From NCBI GenBank assembly GCA_965197725.1, contig CBDANQ010000061.1, positions 128,001 to 192,000 on the forward strand: DNA of 64,000 nt, in the 5' to 3' direction. The notes below the pieces were generated by a model. The model saw nothing but the letters and a program-made list of their open reading frames with translations, did no database searches and was not told the DNA's origin. Made by a program: the position numbers and the translations under genes. How positions within the stretch are numbered: position 1 is the stretch's first letter; the number at the start of each line of letters is the position of its first letter. The DNA is from Longimicrobiales bacterium. Its GTDB lineage: Bacteria > Gemmatimonadota > Gemmatimonadetes > Longimicrobiales > Gaopeijiaceae. Positions 29,646 through 39,901 of the stretch are shown here, piece by piece.

Positions 29646-31102
29646 GATGGTGTCCCGCTGACAGTTGAAGGTGGTGGCGCCGGAGAGTCTCTTGGTTAGC
29701 CTGTCTTTCTCATTTCGGCAACCGGTTCATGGTCGTCGAGGTGGGCCCTGAGCATCCAGAGCTGGTCGTAGCCGATGATCCTCCGGTAGCTCTTCTCGGT
29801 TTCCACGAACGAGGCCGCAGCCCAGCGCAAGGCCATCGCTCCGTTCTTCCAGTTAGTCACCCTGCGGGTCTTCCGTCTTACGCCCGAGTGGGTGCTGTCG
29901 ATCAGGTTGGTCGAGCCCAGGCACTTCCTCAGCCGCGGTGGGAGGCCGAGCCGGTTTATGGTGAACATCTCGCTGAGGCCTTCGCGCAGGCTGGCTGCGG
30001 CCGAGGGGTGGTCGCGCTCGAGCCATCGGGCGAGCTGCTCGAGCTTCTGCTCGCCCTGCTTCGCGTCCAGCTTCATCGCCGCCCGGAACGCCGCCTTCAC
30101 CTGAGGATGCTGATCCTTCGGCAGATGACCCAGCACGTTGCGGAGCTTGTGGTTGCGGCAGCGCTGGATGGGGTGACGTTGGCCGAACACCTTCTCGATC
30201 GCCTTCCTGAGCGCTTTCGAGCCATCGATCACGAACAGCCGCCGCCTGCCCGGGTCCAGGCCGCGCTCGACCAGATCCTCTAGGAGCGCGCTGGTCACCT
30301 CGGCGTTCTCACTCGCTCCTTCCCTCACGCCCAGCACGTGCTTCTTTCCGTCTGAGTCCACGCCTACCGCAGCAAGCACGTGGTGCGAGCCCATCTGGAT
30401 CCCGTCCAGGTAGATCACCAGGAGGTCCCACGCATCCAGCCGGCGCTCCATCAGCTCCTTCAGCACGCGCTCCGAGGCCTCGACCGTCTCACGGCTCACC
30501 GCCGACTTGCTCACCCCGACCGTGTCGGCCATCTCACCGATCACACGGCCGTACTTTCGCGTGCTCACCCCCGCCATCAGGACCTCGAGCATCCGATCCG
30601 CCACGGCGCCCGGTCTCCGCATCGCTGCGTACGCCGGCACCTCGACCTCGCCACCCTCCCCGGCGCCCCGGCGCCTGAGCCGTGGCCGCTCCACACGCAC
30701 CTTCCGGTCCAACAGGTAAACCACACCACCCTGCCGGCCATACCACACCGTGTCGTCTTCCGCTCGTGACCGACCTGCCTGCTTCACGCCTGCCACACCC
30801 TCGGCGCTCATCTCCAGCACCGCTTCGATCGTCGCTCGTCCCATCACCTGGATGACTTCGTCGATCGCGACCTCCGTCTGCTCCACGAGCTCAAGCATCG
30901 GAAGCAGAAACTGCCCCTCCCGCTTCAGGAACTCCCTGATCGCGCGCTTGTCCGCCCGATCCCTTACCTCGTACGTTCTCTTCATCGTGGTGGCTCCGTG
31001 TTGGGGTTTTTGCCTACCCGAGCCTATCGGCCCGGGACCCCCGGAGCCACCACTTTTCTTTCTCCCCTATCAGGAACCTTCAACTACGGTTGGGACAGCT
31101 TC
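29646..31102 (-). mobile_element. IS256-family element, copy 2, intact, 1457 bp, 8-bp TSD CCTCCAGT
   Basis: Same IRs as copy 1; CCTCCAGT at 29638-29645 and 31103-31110. Confidence 0.95.
29696..30985 (-). CDS. IS256-family transposase
   Basis: GVSTRK, YLDG, VIDG.KAL, QRCRNHKLRN, STNLIDS. Confidence 0.93.
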   Translation of the reverse strand: MKRTYEVRDRADKRAIREFLKREGQFLLPMLELVEQTEVAIDEVIQVMGRATIEAVLEMSAEGVAGVKQAGRSRAEDDTVWYGRQGGVVYLLDRKVRVERPRLRRRGAGEGGEVEVPAYAAMRRPGAVADRMLEVLMAGVSTRKYGRVIGEMADTVGVSKSAVSRETVEASERVLKELMERRLDAWDLLVIYLDGIQMGSHHVLAAVGVDSDGKKHVLGVREGASENAEVTSALLEDLVERGLDPGRRRLFVIDGSKALRKAIEKVFGQRHPIQRCRNHKLRNVLGHLPKDQHPQVKAAFRAAMKLDAKQGEQKLEQLARWLERDHPSAAASLREGLSEMFTINRLGLPPRLRKCLGSTNLIDSTHSGVRRKTRRVTNWKNGAMALRWAAASFVETEKSYRRIIGYDQLWMLRAHLDDHEPVAEMRKTG

Positions 31103-31343
31103 CCTCCAGTACCTGCCTACGTGTCTCAGGGTCTGACTGCTGGTAGCACCGTCTCAGCGTCTCGGTCTTCAACTTGGCGTCCTGTCTGCTCATTTGATCT
31201 AGACAAGTCAGTCGTCCGGTGAGCGTCGCACTTCTGCAGCGGGACAAGAATGGTGACAGGAAGTAAGGCGCGCGAGCCTCTAACCCACTCTAAAGGGGTC
31301 GCTTGTTAGCTGCCGCCCCGTTCTCGGACCACCGGTCCGCCCG

Positions 31344-32654
31344 CTAGTCCAACCCGAAGGACCTGTACCTACTCGGTGCAGCCGCAGCGAGCTCCGGCAT
31401 CAGCGTCTCCCCCTCCGTGCGGGCGATGAATGCAGAGCAGCTCAAGTCGCCCGTCACGTTCACCGACGTGCGCAGCATGTCCAGAATGCGATCCACGCCG
31501 AGGATGAGCGCGATGCCTGCCTGCACGTGTTCGCCCATGCCAACGGAATTCAAGACGATGATGAGGGTGATGATGCCGGCAGACGGCACGCCGGCCGTGC
31601 CGACCGAGGCGAGCGTCGCCGTCAGCACGACGACCAGTTGATCCGCCAGTGACAGGTCGAAGCCATAAATCTGAGCGATGAACATGACGGCGACCGCTTG
31701 ATAGAGGGCGGTGCCGTCCATGTTGATGGTTGCCCCGAGCGGCAGCACGAAGCTCGCGACCTCTTCCGAGACACCGAGCTCGTCCTTCGCGGTCTCGATC
31801 GTCAGCGGCAGCGTGGCGTTCGATGAAGACGTCGAGAATGCGAGCAGCGGGACCGCTGCGATTCGCTTGTAGAAGCGCAGCGGATTCAGCCCCCCGAGGA
31901 ACCTCAACACGAGCGCGTAGGTGCCGAAGGCGTGCAGCAGCAGCCCAAGCACCGCCACCCCGGTGTACCTCAGGAGGCTCTGCAGCAGATCGAGCCCGAA
32001 GTTGGAGACCACGGCCGCGATCAGAACGAACACGGCATACGGGGCGAGCTCCATGATCCAGTTGATGAGGACCATCGAGGCTTCGTTGATACCGTGGAAG
32101 AAGTTGAGCACCGCGTCTCTGCGATCGGCCTGGATCACCGTCAGCGCCGCGCCAAAACAGATCGTGAAGAAGATCAGCGACAACAAATCCATGTCCGCCG
32201 CAGCCTGCACCGGGTTGCGCGGGATGATGATCATGAGCGTCTCGACCCATCCGGACGCCTGTTCGGCCAGATCCATACGCTCCAGCGCGGCGCCCCCATA
32301 GCGGGTGGCCAACTCGTCACGTGTCGTCTGGGAGACATCCCCCCCCGGCTTGATCACGTTGGCGAGTCCGAGCCCGATGGTGACCGCGACCGCCGTCGTC
32401 GCCATGTAGTAAACGAGGGTCTTGCCACCAATACGCCCGAGCTTAAGCAGGTCGCCGAGCGATGCCGTCCCCACCAACAAGCTTGCCACCACCAACGGGA
32501 TCACGATCATCGTGATCAGGTTGATGAACGCGGTGCCGAGCGGCTCGAGAGAGCTGAACAGGCTGATCAGCGGATCGATTTGCTGCCAGTTCGCCAGGCC
32601 CCCCATGACGCCGCCGGCGAGGAGTCCGATCAGAATCTTCGTATAGAGCTGCAT
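31344..32654 (-). CDS. Dicarboxylate/amino acid:cation symporter (DAACS, GltP/GltT-like)
   Basis: AFSTSSSNATLP, LPLGATINMDGTALY, GVDRILDMLRTSVNVTGD. Confidence 0.93.
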   Translation of the reverse strand: MQLYTKILIGLLAGGVMGGLANWQQIDPLISLFSSLEPLGTAFINLITMIVIPLVVASLLVGTASLGDLLKLGRIGGKTLVYYMATTAVAVTIGLGLANVIKPGGDVSQTTRDELATRYGGAALERMDLAEQASGWVETLMIIIPRNPVQAAADMDLLSLIFFTICFGAALTVIQADRRDAVLNFFHGINEASMVLINWIMELAPYAVFVLIAAVVSNFGLDLLQSLLRYTGVAVLGLLLHAFGTYALVLRFLGGLNPLRFYKRIAAVPLLAFSTSSSNATLPLTIETAKDELGVSEEVASFVLPLGATINMDGTALYQAVAVMFIAQIYGFDLSLADQLVVVLTATLASVGTAGVPSAGIITLIIVLNSVGMGEHVQAGIALILGVDRILDMLRTSVNVTGDLSCSAFIARTEGETLMPELAAAAPSRYRSFGLD

Positions 32655-32951
32655 GCGCTTCCTGTGTTTAGGCTCTCAGGCCTGTCGGCGGCCAGAATAG
32701 ACGACGTGCGTTACTTGCGCCAATCCACGCCAGGCGTTGCTGCGTTCTTCGACCGAGCTCACTCCTGGACGATCACTTCCGCTCGGGTGATCACATCACC
32801 TTCGAGGGGGGCAACCAGCCGGTCTGGTCACCGGACGGCACCCGTGTCGCGTTCGGTTCCGTGCGCGAGGGCACTCTGGACAGTGATCTGTTTGTGAAGA
32901 ACGTCAACGATAACTCACTGCCGACCGGAAGTTCGTGAACGGCGGGCACGC

Positions 32952-35900
32952 TCAACGCGCCGAACGGCCGTTCTCCTCCAACATCATGAAGTGCTGTTGG
33001 CTCGTAAGGCCGTCCCCTGACAGGCGTTCCCAGACACCGTCAGGGCGCAGGACCCATGCGCGCGGATCCGCGAGCTGAGCGTCCAGCACGGACCGCAGCA
33101 CCTTACGAGCCTCGGGGTCATCGACCGGAGTCATGACCTCCAACCTCCTCCGGAGATTGCGCGCCCTCCAGTCCGCCGAGCCGATGTAGTACTCGCTCTG
33201 GCCGGCGTTCTCGAAGTACACGATCCGCGAGTGTTCGAGGAAGCGCCCCAGAATGCTCCGCACCTGGATTCCCTCCGAGAGGCCTGGCACCCCCGGCATG
33301 AGCGTGCAGATCGAACGGATGATCAGGTCGATCTTCACGCCTTCTTCGGCAGCCTGGTACAGCAACTTCACGACCTTGCGGTCCGCCAGGCCGTTGCGCT
33401 TCGCCTGGATGCGCGCGGGGCGTCCCGCGCGCGTGTGCTCGATCTCCCTCTTTATCATGCGCTCGATGCCCTGAACCAATGAGCTAGGCGCGACGAGAAG
33501 TCGGCGGAAGTTCTCCTGCGGGGGTCCTGCCCCACCGGTGAGCTCGTTGAAGAAGTCGCTCAAGTCGGCGCCCAGGTCCGGATCCGAGGACATGAGCCCC
33601 AGATCGGTATAGAGGCGAGCGGTCGCCGCATTGTAGTTCCCCGTGCCGATATGCACGTACCGCTTCACACCGTCAGCTTCCTGCCGGACCACGAGGGCGG
33701 TCTTCGCGTGCGTCTTGTAGCCGACCACACCATAGACGACGTGGGCCCCTGCCTCGGTGAGTCGATGGGTCCACTCGATATTGCTCTCCTCTTCCCAGCG
33801 CGCCTTGAGCTCCACGAAGACGGAGACGTCTTTGCCCGCTTCGAGCGCGCGCAGCAACGCCTCCATCACCGGCGAGTCACGCCCTGTGCGGTACAGCGTG
33901 AGTTTGATCGACACCACGTCGGGGTCGTCAGCCGCCTCGCTCAGGAAGCGACCGACGGTGTTGTGGAACGCCTGGAACGGGTGGTGGACCAGCATGTCGC
34001 GGTCCGCGAGTACGTCGAATATCGAGACGTCGTCCGCCAGTGGATGCGTGGCCTCGTACGGCGGGAACCGCCCCCCAGGCACATCCAGGTCCGTGAACTC
34101 CGCAAAGCCCCTGAGGTCGATGGGCCCGTCCACCTCATAGACGTCGGCACGGTTGAGCCGAGCCGAGTCACTGCCCCGCTCCGCACGCAACTCGCGGAGC
34201 AGGTGGGCACGCACTTCGCGGGGCATCGAACCCTGTACTTCGATCCGGATGACCGGCTTGAAACGTCGGTCCTCGACCTCATCGGCGACCGCGGCAAGCA
34301 GCGAGCCCGACGAGTCCTCGTCGATCTCGACGTCGCTCGTGCGGCTGACCCGGAACGCATGCACACCCTGCACTTCGAAAGACGGGAAGAGCCGGGCAAC
34401 GTGCGCCATGATCAGCTCACCAGTGCCCACGAGATCCTTCGTACCCGGGATCGGGACGAAGCGCGGCAGCGAGTCCGGAATCGGCACATAGCCGAATTCA
34501 GTCTGCGACTCGCCCTCCCTCCGCAGGACCGTAGCGAGCGAGAGACCTAGGCTTGGCAGTCGCGGGAAAGACCGGCCAGGACCGGCCGACATCGCGAGCG
34601 GCGTCAGCAAGGGGAAGAGATGGGCTGAGAACTTGGTCGAGAGCGCGTTGCGCTCCTCTGCCCGGAGCTCATGCCAGCGCCTGAGGCGGATCCCCCGCTC
34701 CGCAAGCTTGGGGAGAAGCATCCGTGTGAGGCACTCGTACTGACGGGCCATGAGCGCGCGGACCCGGATCGCGACGAGATCGAGCAGTTGTCGATGCGAC
34801 AGTGCCTCGCCCTTTCCCGTGGGGCCAAGATCGGCCCCCTCCTTCAAGCGAGCGACCCGGACCACGAAAAATTCGTCGAGGTTGCTCGAGAAGATCGACA
34901 AAAAGAAAAAGCGCTCGAGCAGCGGGACCGTATCGTCCTCGGCGAGCTCGAGCACCCTTTGGTTGAAATCGAGGATGCTGAGCTCGAGGTCGAGGAAGTC
35001 ATCGTCTCCGGAGCCGGCTTTGAAGCTCGGGTCCCTCTGGGCCAGAGGCAGTCGGATCGGTTTTTCCGCGCGTACCTGCGAGTCACGCAGAAGCCGCAAC
35101 CCGATCTCGGATCGGACGAGCAGAAGCAGCGCAGCCACCAGCCCCGGATCACGGAGCTGCGGACCTCCGACCCGCTCCATCAGCTCGTCCAGCGGGACCC
35201 AGGTGAGGGCGGGCAGCTCTTCGCTCATCGGCGTGCGTGCGTGCAGCCAGACCTCGAGGTCGGCCCCACCCCTTCGCTTGGGGGCGAAGCCAATCAGGTC
35301 CAATTCGACACCTCCGCTGTCGAGCGACAACAGCTCCCGCAAGAATTCGCGAGCGATCTCCTCGCCTGCGCCGCGGGTGTCGGGGAGCATGAGACCCGTC
35401 TTGCCGTCCAGCAGCGCGACCTTGCCGTCCTGGAGGATGAGCAGCGCGACGCGCATCTCGTGAGGTATCTCGGTCCGCGTCTCGGTCGTGCCCGTGAGCG
35501 CGACGCGCATGCGTTCCAAAGCGTCCTGCCCGTCGATCTCGATGCTGTGGTCGGTACGTAGCCGCTCGCCCAGCGCCTCGAGGCTCCTGCGCCCCGGCGT
35601 GACTTCCATGAGCGTGATCTCATAAAAGGCTCGGGTCACGCCCGGTGCGTGCGCCACTAGGTGATCGAACGAGACTCGGTGCTGCGGCCGGCCCCACCAC
35701 CGAGCCCTCAGATCACGCGTTTCCCGGTCGATGTCGCTCGCGAGCTGCGGCCTGAGCGCTGCTGGGTCCGAGACCTCGCGCACCCGCGTCGCCACCTCGG
35801 ACGCACCGCAGATCGTGGAGTACAGCCCGCCGCCGATTACCGGGGTCTCGAGCACGGTCTCTTCGACCACGCCCTGAAGGTTGAGCACGTCCTGGATGGC

Positions 35901-36110
35901 GAGCTCGACGACCTGCCGGCCCTGGGCTTCCATGCGGAGACGCAGCGTCATGCCCCGTTCGCGAAGCAATCCGTCAGGCGTGTCGAAGTACGTCTTGCGC
36001 AGGAGCTGGAACGTCGACTTCCCGGCCAACAGCCCCCCCAGCCGCCTCGATGCCGCGAGCTGTTCGAGCACAGCGATGTCCTGCACGGGCAGGTTGAGTC
36101 GTCGACTCAT
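32952..36110 (-). CDS. ppk1: Polyphosphate kinase 1 with about 370-aa N-terminal extension (CYTH-like plus Nudix-like domains)
   Basis: ELSILDFNQRVL, SSNLDEFFVVRV, IKLTLYRT, VELKARWEE, KTHAK, HIGTGNYN, GRFLEHSRI, GSADW; N-terminal YFDTPD..L...TLRLR. Confidence 0.92.
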   Translation of the reverse strand: MSRRLNLPVQDIAVLEQLAASRRLGGLLAGKSTFQLLRKTYFDTPDGLLRERGMTLRLRMEAQGRQVVELAIQDVLNLQGVVEETVLETPVIGGGLYSTICGASEVATRVREVSDPAALRPQLASDIDRETRDLRARWWGRPQHRVSFDHLVAHAPGVTRAFYEITLMEVTPGRRSLEALGERLRTDHSIEIDGQDALERMRVALTGTTETRTEIPHEMRVALLILQDGKVALLDGKTGLMLPDTRGAGEEIAREFLRELLSLDSGGVELDLIGFAPKRRGGADLEVWLHARTPMSEELPALTWVPLDELMERVGGPQLRDPGLVAALLLLVRSEIGLRLLRDSQVRAEKPIRLPLAQRDPSFKAGSGDDDFLDLELSILDFNQRVLELAEDDTVPLLERFFFLSIFSSNLDEFFVVRVARLKEGADLGPTGKGEALSHRQLLDLVAIRVRALMARQYECLTRMLLPKLAERGIRLRRWHELRAEERNALSTKFSAHLFPLLTPLAMSAGPGRSFPRLPSLGLSLATVLRREGESQTEFGYVPIPDSLPRFVPIPGTKDLVGTGELIMAHVARLFPSFEVQGVHAFRVSRTSDVEIDEDSSGSLLAAVADEVEDRRFKPVIRIEVQGSMPREVRAHLLRELRAERGSDSARLNRADVYEVDGPIDLRGFAEFTDLDVPGGRFPPYEATHPLADDVSIFDVLADRDMLVHHPFQAFHNTVGRFLSEAADDPDVVSIKLTLYRTGRDSPVMEALLRALEAGKDVSVFVELKARWEEESNIEWTHRLTEAGAHVVYGVVGYKTHAKTALVVRQEADGVKRYVHIGTGNYNAATARLYTDLGLMSSDPDLGADLSDFFNELTGGAGPPQENFRRLLVAPSSLVQGIERMIKREIEHTRAGRPARIQAKRNGLADRKVVKLLYQAAEEGVKIDLIIRSICTLMPGVPGLSEGIQVRSILGRFLEHSRIVYFENAGQSEYYIGSADWRARNLRRRLEVMTPVDDPEARKVLRSVLDAQLADPRAWVLRPDGVWERLSGDGLTSQQHFMMLEENGRSAR

Positions 36111-36207
36111 TGTGAAGCGAGCCCTTCCATCCGTTGGTACCCTGTCAGGCGGGCGTCCGCGGGGTGGTATTCGAAGAGCCGCTCGCCCGCGATCACGATG
36201 CGTAGCG

Positions 36208-37269
36208 TCACGTAAACTTCTTGAGACCCCTAAGCGAGCGCAGCTCCGCCGCGGTGATGACACCGTGGGGCGCGCTGTTGAGCCGGTCGATCACAGCGCC
36301 TTCGACCCCCGACCCGTCGACTTTGGCCAGATACTCGAGCAGCACGCCGCGTCCCTCCACCGGGTTCACCTCGATGAGCTTGAAGCGGTCCGCGAGCTCT
36401 TCGAGCAGTTGATCGACGTAGCGCTGCGCCTGCTCGGCGCCGGGGCCGTACGCCATGATCAGGACGTTGCAGCGCTTCTCTTTCTTCTTGGCACGCTCCG
36501 CATTGAGATGGCGCTCGATCCGCACCGCTTGGTCGGCGATCTCGGCTAGGTCCGCGGGCGCCGCAGCGTCCAGGATCGCGGGATCACCGACCTTGAGCGC
36601 GCTCGCGGCCGAAGCGGGACCCGCGAGCACATCCCCCAACTCCAACGGACCCGAGCGTGCGTTCTGATCCGCATAGATGTTGCCGAACTGCGTCTTCCAG
36701 AGCACGACGATGACCACATTGAAGAGGACGGAGAGCACCAGGGCGATGCCGAGCGCCTGCACGCCGGACGATACACCCACGCCGATCGCGAGGAAGACGT
36801 AGACCGCATCCTTCGTGTCCTCGAGCGTGGTTCGGAAGCGGACCGCCGCGACGATGCCCGCGAGCGAGAAGGCAAGCGCGAGGTTCGCCTGAACGATCAT
36901 GACGATGCCGGTCACGGCCACGGGCAGGATGAGCAGCGTGTGCACCACCGACTCGTGATACCCGCGCTGGCGCCGGGTGATCATGTAGACCCACGTTACG
37001 GGAATCATGATGGCCAATGCGCCTACCATCGAGATCGCTGCGGTGATCGCGCGCGCCCATGTCGAGGTCGCTACGGGGTCCCCGACTGCAGACACATCAG
37101 GATTGAATAGATCGATGTTGGCGAGTTCAGCGAGCCTCGCGCCGGAAATCGCGTCGCGGAAGTCCGGGAAGCGGAGCAATAGGGCGCTCACCGCGCCCAT
37201 GGCGATGTAGTACAGAAGTACTCGCCCGAGACCGCGATTGGAGGTGGACGGTGTGCTTGACTTGCTCAT
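36208..37269 (-). CDS. DUF4956-family membrane protein
   Basis: NLALAFSLAGIVAAVRFRTTLEDTKDAVYVFLAIGVG; several TMs plus C-terminal soluble domain. Confidence 0.8.
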   Translation of the reverse strand: MSKSSTPSTSNRGLGRVLLYYIAMGAVSALLLRFPDFRDAISGARLAELANIDLFNPDVSAVGDPVATSTWARAITAAISMVGALAIMIPVTWVYMITRRQRGYHESVVHTLLILPVAVTGIVMIVQANLALAFSLAGIVAAVRFRTTLEDTKDAVYVFLAIGVGVSSGVQALGIALVLSVLFNVVIVVLWKTQFGNIYADQNARSGPLELGDVLAGPASAASALKVGDPAILDAAAPADLAEIADQAVRIERHLNAERAKKKEKRCNVLIMAYGPGAEQAQRYVDQLLEELADRFKLIEVNPVEGRGVLLEYLAKVDGSGVEGAVIDRLNSAPHGVITAAELRSLRGLKKFT

Positions 37270-37416
37270 CGACAACTCCGGGTGGTGTGTGAGGGGGCGT
37301 GAAGCGCCCTCTGGCGATGCATGATGCGGGACACTTGGGGTCCGCAGCAAGAATCTCCTGGCAATGTAATCCGGCGGATCGTACTCTTCGAGCAACCCCG
37401 ATATGCGAGGAATGTC

Positions 37417-38532
37417 ATGTCCGTGCGCGGCGCCGTTTTCCCGTGCCTAGCTTTAGTGATCGGCCTGTCCCCCGCGCTCCGGGCGCAGGAGTTCGAATTG
37501 CCTACGCCCGAGGAGTACGCTGAGCGCGCGGAAGTGGCCGAGAACGCGCCTCTATTCCAGGCAGAGGAGGCCCTGCGAATCACGCTCCTGACCGACATCA
37601 AGTGGCTTCGCGACAAGCGCATCGACACGATGGAAGTCGACGGGACACTCACGTTCGCAGGAGCGCACGGTGCGCAAATCGAACAGACCATAGAGGTGCG
37701 TACGCGCGGCAACTTCAGGCGGGACAAGCGCAACTGCAACTTCCCGCCGCTCAGGCTCGACTTCCCCAAAAAGCAGATGGAAGGCACCGTTTTCGAAGGT
37801 CAGGACAAGCTCAAGTTGGTTACGCCTTGCTACGACGGTCGCGACAGCTTTCAACGCTACGTCTACCTGGAGTACCTGGTGTACAAGGCGTACCAACTGT
37901 TCACGCCCGCATCGTTCCGGGTCCGGCTCGTCGAGATCACGTACGAGGACATCAACGACGACTACGATGCGCGCACCAAGATCGGTTTTCTCATCGAGAG
38001 CGACGAGAACATGGCCGAGCGCAACCGGGCGGTCTACACCGACTACGAAGACTTCGGCGGAGGGCAGTTCCACCCAGCCCGCGTCGACGGCGACGGAGCC
38101 GTGCTGGTGGGGATGTTCAACTACATGATCGGCAACACGGACTGGTCGGCCGTTCAGGGGCACAACATCAAGCTGATGCGGACCGAGCCCGGGAAGTACT
38201 TGACGGTGCCGTACGACTTCGACTTCTCTGGGGCGGTCGATGCGCGCTACGCGTCGCCCGCCGCGTCGTTGACCGAGCAGTACCGGCTGCGACGCGTGAC
38301 CGCCCGGCTCTACCGCGGCTTGTGTCGGCCCCAGCTCGTGCAGGCGACGCAGGCGCCCATGTTCAATGAGCGGCGGGATGCCCTCTGGGACTTGTACATG
38401 AGCTTCGAGCTGTTGGAAGAGGACCGGCGTGAGGACGCGGTGGAGTTCTACGAGGACTTCTACGAGACCCTCAACAGCGAGCGTGACTTCGAGCGCAAAA
38501 TGACGGACATGTGCCGGCCCTTGCCCGGCTAG
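37417..38532 (+). CDS. Secreted CotH-like atypical kinase-fold protein
   Basis: Signal peptide (ALRA-Q); VRTRGNFR, KLKLVT, EYLVYKAY, GFLIE, NYMIGNTDW, HNIKL, VPYDFDFS. Confidence 0.6.
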   Translation: MSVRGAVFPCLALVIGLSPALRAQEFELPTPEEYAERAEVAENAPLFQAEEALRITLLTDIKWLRDKRIDTMEVDGTLTFAGAHGAQIEQTIEVRTRGNFRRDKRNCNFPPLRLDFPKKQMEGTVFEGQDKLKLVTPCYDGRDSFQRYVYLEYLVYKAYQLFTPASFRVRLVEITYEDINDDYDARTKIGFLIESDENMAERNRAVYTDYEDFGGGQFHPARVDGDGAVLVGMFNYMIGNTDWSAVQGHNIKLMRTEPGKYLTVPYDFDFSGAVDARYASPAASLTEQYRLRRVTARLYRGLCRPQLVQATQAPMFNERRDALWDLYMSFELLEEDRREDAVEFYEDFYETLNSERDFERKMTDMCRPLPG

Positions 38533-39152
38533 TGACGGGACCCGCTGGTCGCGCCCGCGAGCTTCGAGCGCGAAGGGACATCGAGCAGGGTCTTGCCGAG
38601 ATGGTGGGCCTGGTGCGAGGCGTCATCGCCGATGGTGTCGTGTCCAGCGACGAAGCCGAACGCCTCGCCGCATGGACGAGAGCGCATTCGGAAGTCGTGA
38701 CCCGGTGGCCGGCCAACATCCTCTCTCGCAGGCTCGAGCGCATCTTCCTCGATGGTCGGGTGGACCGAAGAGAGCAGAAGCACCTGGGCGCCCTGATCTC
38801 ACAGCTCGCCGAGAACCCCGCCGGATACGGGGGCGGTTTTCCGCTCGCGACCGACGGGCCGCTCACCACACCGGAGCCGGACGTCGTCTTCGAAGGACAG
38901 ACCTTCCTGTTTGCCGGCGAGATGGCATACGGCCCCGTCCTCGCATGTGAGCGCGAAATCACCGAATTGGGCGGCACCTGCGAGCGCATCGTCAAGCGCC
39001 GTACGGACTACGTCGTGATCGGTTCGATCGGTGCTTCCGATTGGTGTCAGAGCTCGTTCGGTGACGTGCTCGACGAGGTGGTCCAGTACCGCGCGAGAGG
39101 AGTGCCGATCGCGGTCATCTCCGAAGAGCGCTGGACGGCGGCGCTGCCGTAA
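38532..39152 (+). CDS. BRCT-domain protein with TerB-like helical N-terminus
   Basis: GVIADGVVSSDEA..L..W; FEGQTFLFAG, LGG, RTDYVVIG, VISEERW. Confidence 0.7.
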   Translation: MTGPAGRARELRARRDIEQGLAEMVGLVRGVIADGVVSSDEAERLAAWTRAHSEVVTRWPANILSRRLERIFLDGRVDRREQKHLGALISQLAENPAGYGGGFPLATDGPLTTPEPDVVFEGQTFLFAGEMAYGPVLACEREITELGGTCERIVKRRTDYVVIGSIGASDWCQSSFGDVLDEVVQYRARGVPIAVISEERWTAALP

Positions 39153-39256
39153 CGCTCGGCGACCTGGACAGGCCCAGTTTCGTTGTGTAGGGAAGCGGTC
39201 GGATCTACACTTGCGCGCGATTGGCAAGCAAAACGCGCACTCCCACCAGCGCACCG

Positions 39257-39784
39257 ATGAGATTGACGAAACAAAGCTTGACTGGAGCCTCGGTCATGCT
39301 CCTGGTAATCATCGTAGTCGTCGGGTCCACCCTGGGTCGGGAAATCATGGCCGGCCGCCGGCCTGGACTGGTTTCGTTCGGGCTGATCCACTTCGCGGGC
39401 TACCTGTTCTTCCTGCTCATGCCTGTCGAAGCCCTCGTTCCGTACTACCTCGCGGCTGGAGATTCGGCCCTCGTGTTGATCGGCCTGAGTGTCGTGACCG
39501 GCTTGCTCGCCCAAATGATCGACTATGGAATCGGGTACGTCGTCAGCGAACGAGTCGTCGATACGCTGATTAGCCGAGCAAAGTTCGAGAAGTTCAAGGC
39601 CACCTTCCACCGATGGGGAGGATGGGCAATTTTCACGTTCAACCTCTTCCCCCTTTCGTCGCCGAACATGCTGTTGGTTTCGGGGATCATGCGGTACAAC
39701 CGGCTGAAGGCGATATCGATCAGCGCGGGTGGGCTATTGTTGAAATATGTGGTGATCGTCCTGTTGACGGATGCGGTCGGATGA
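39257..39784 (+). CDS. DedA/VTT (YqaA-like) membrane protein
   Basis: MPVEAL, DYGIGY, FHRWGGWAIF, hydrophobic profile. Confidence 0.65.
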   Translation: MRLTKQSLTGASVMLLVIIVVVGSTLGREIMAGRRPGLVSFGLIHFAGYLFFLLMPVEALVPYYLAAGDSALVLIGLSVVTGLLAQMIDYGIGYVVSERVVDTLISRAKFEKFKATFHRWGGWAIFTFNLFPLSSPNMLLVSGIMRYNRLKAISISAGGLLLKYVVIVLLTDAVG

Positions 39785-39901
39785 GCGAACGGAGGGCCAT
39801 TTGATTGGGCGAAGTCAGCCACCCGGATCCGCCGGAGGTGCGAAGTCGTGATGCGGGAAGCAGGCGTGTTGTAAACGGGCTAGCGGCGAGCGCCCCGCCC
39901 G

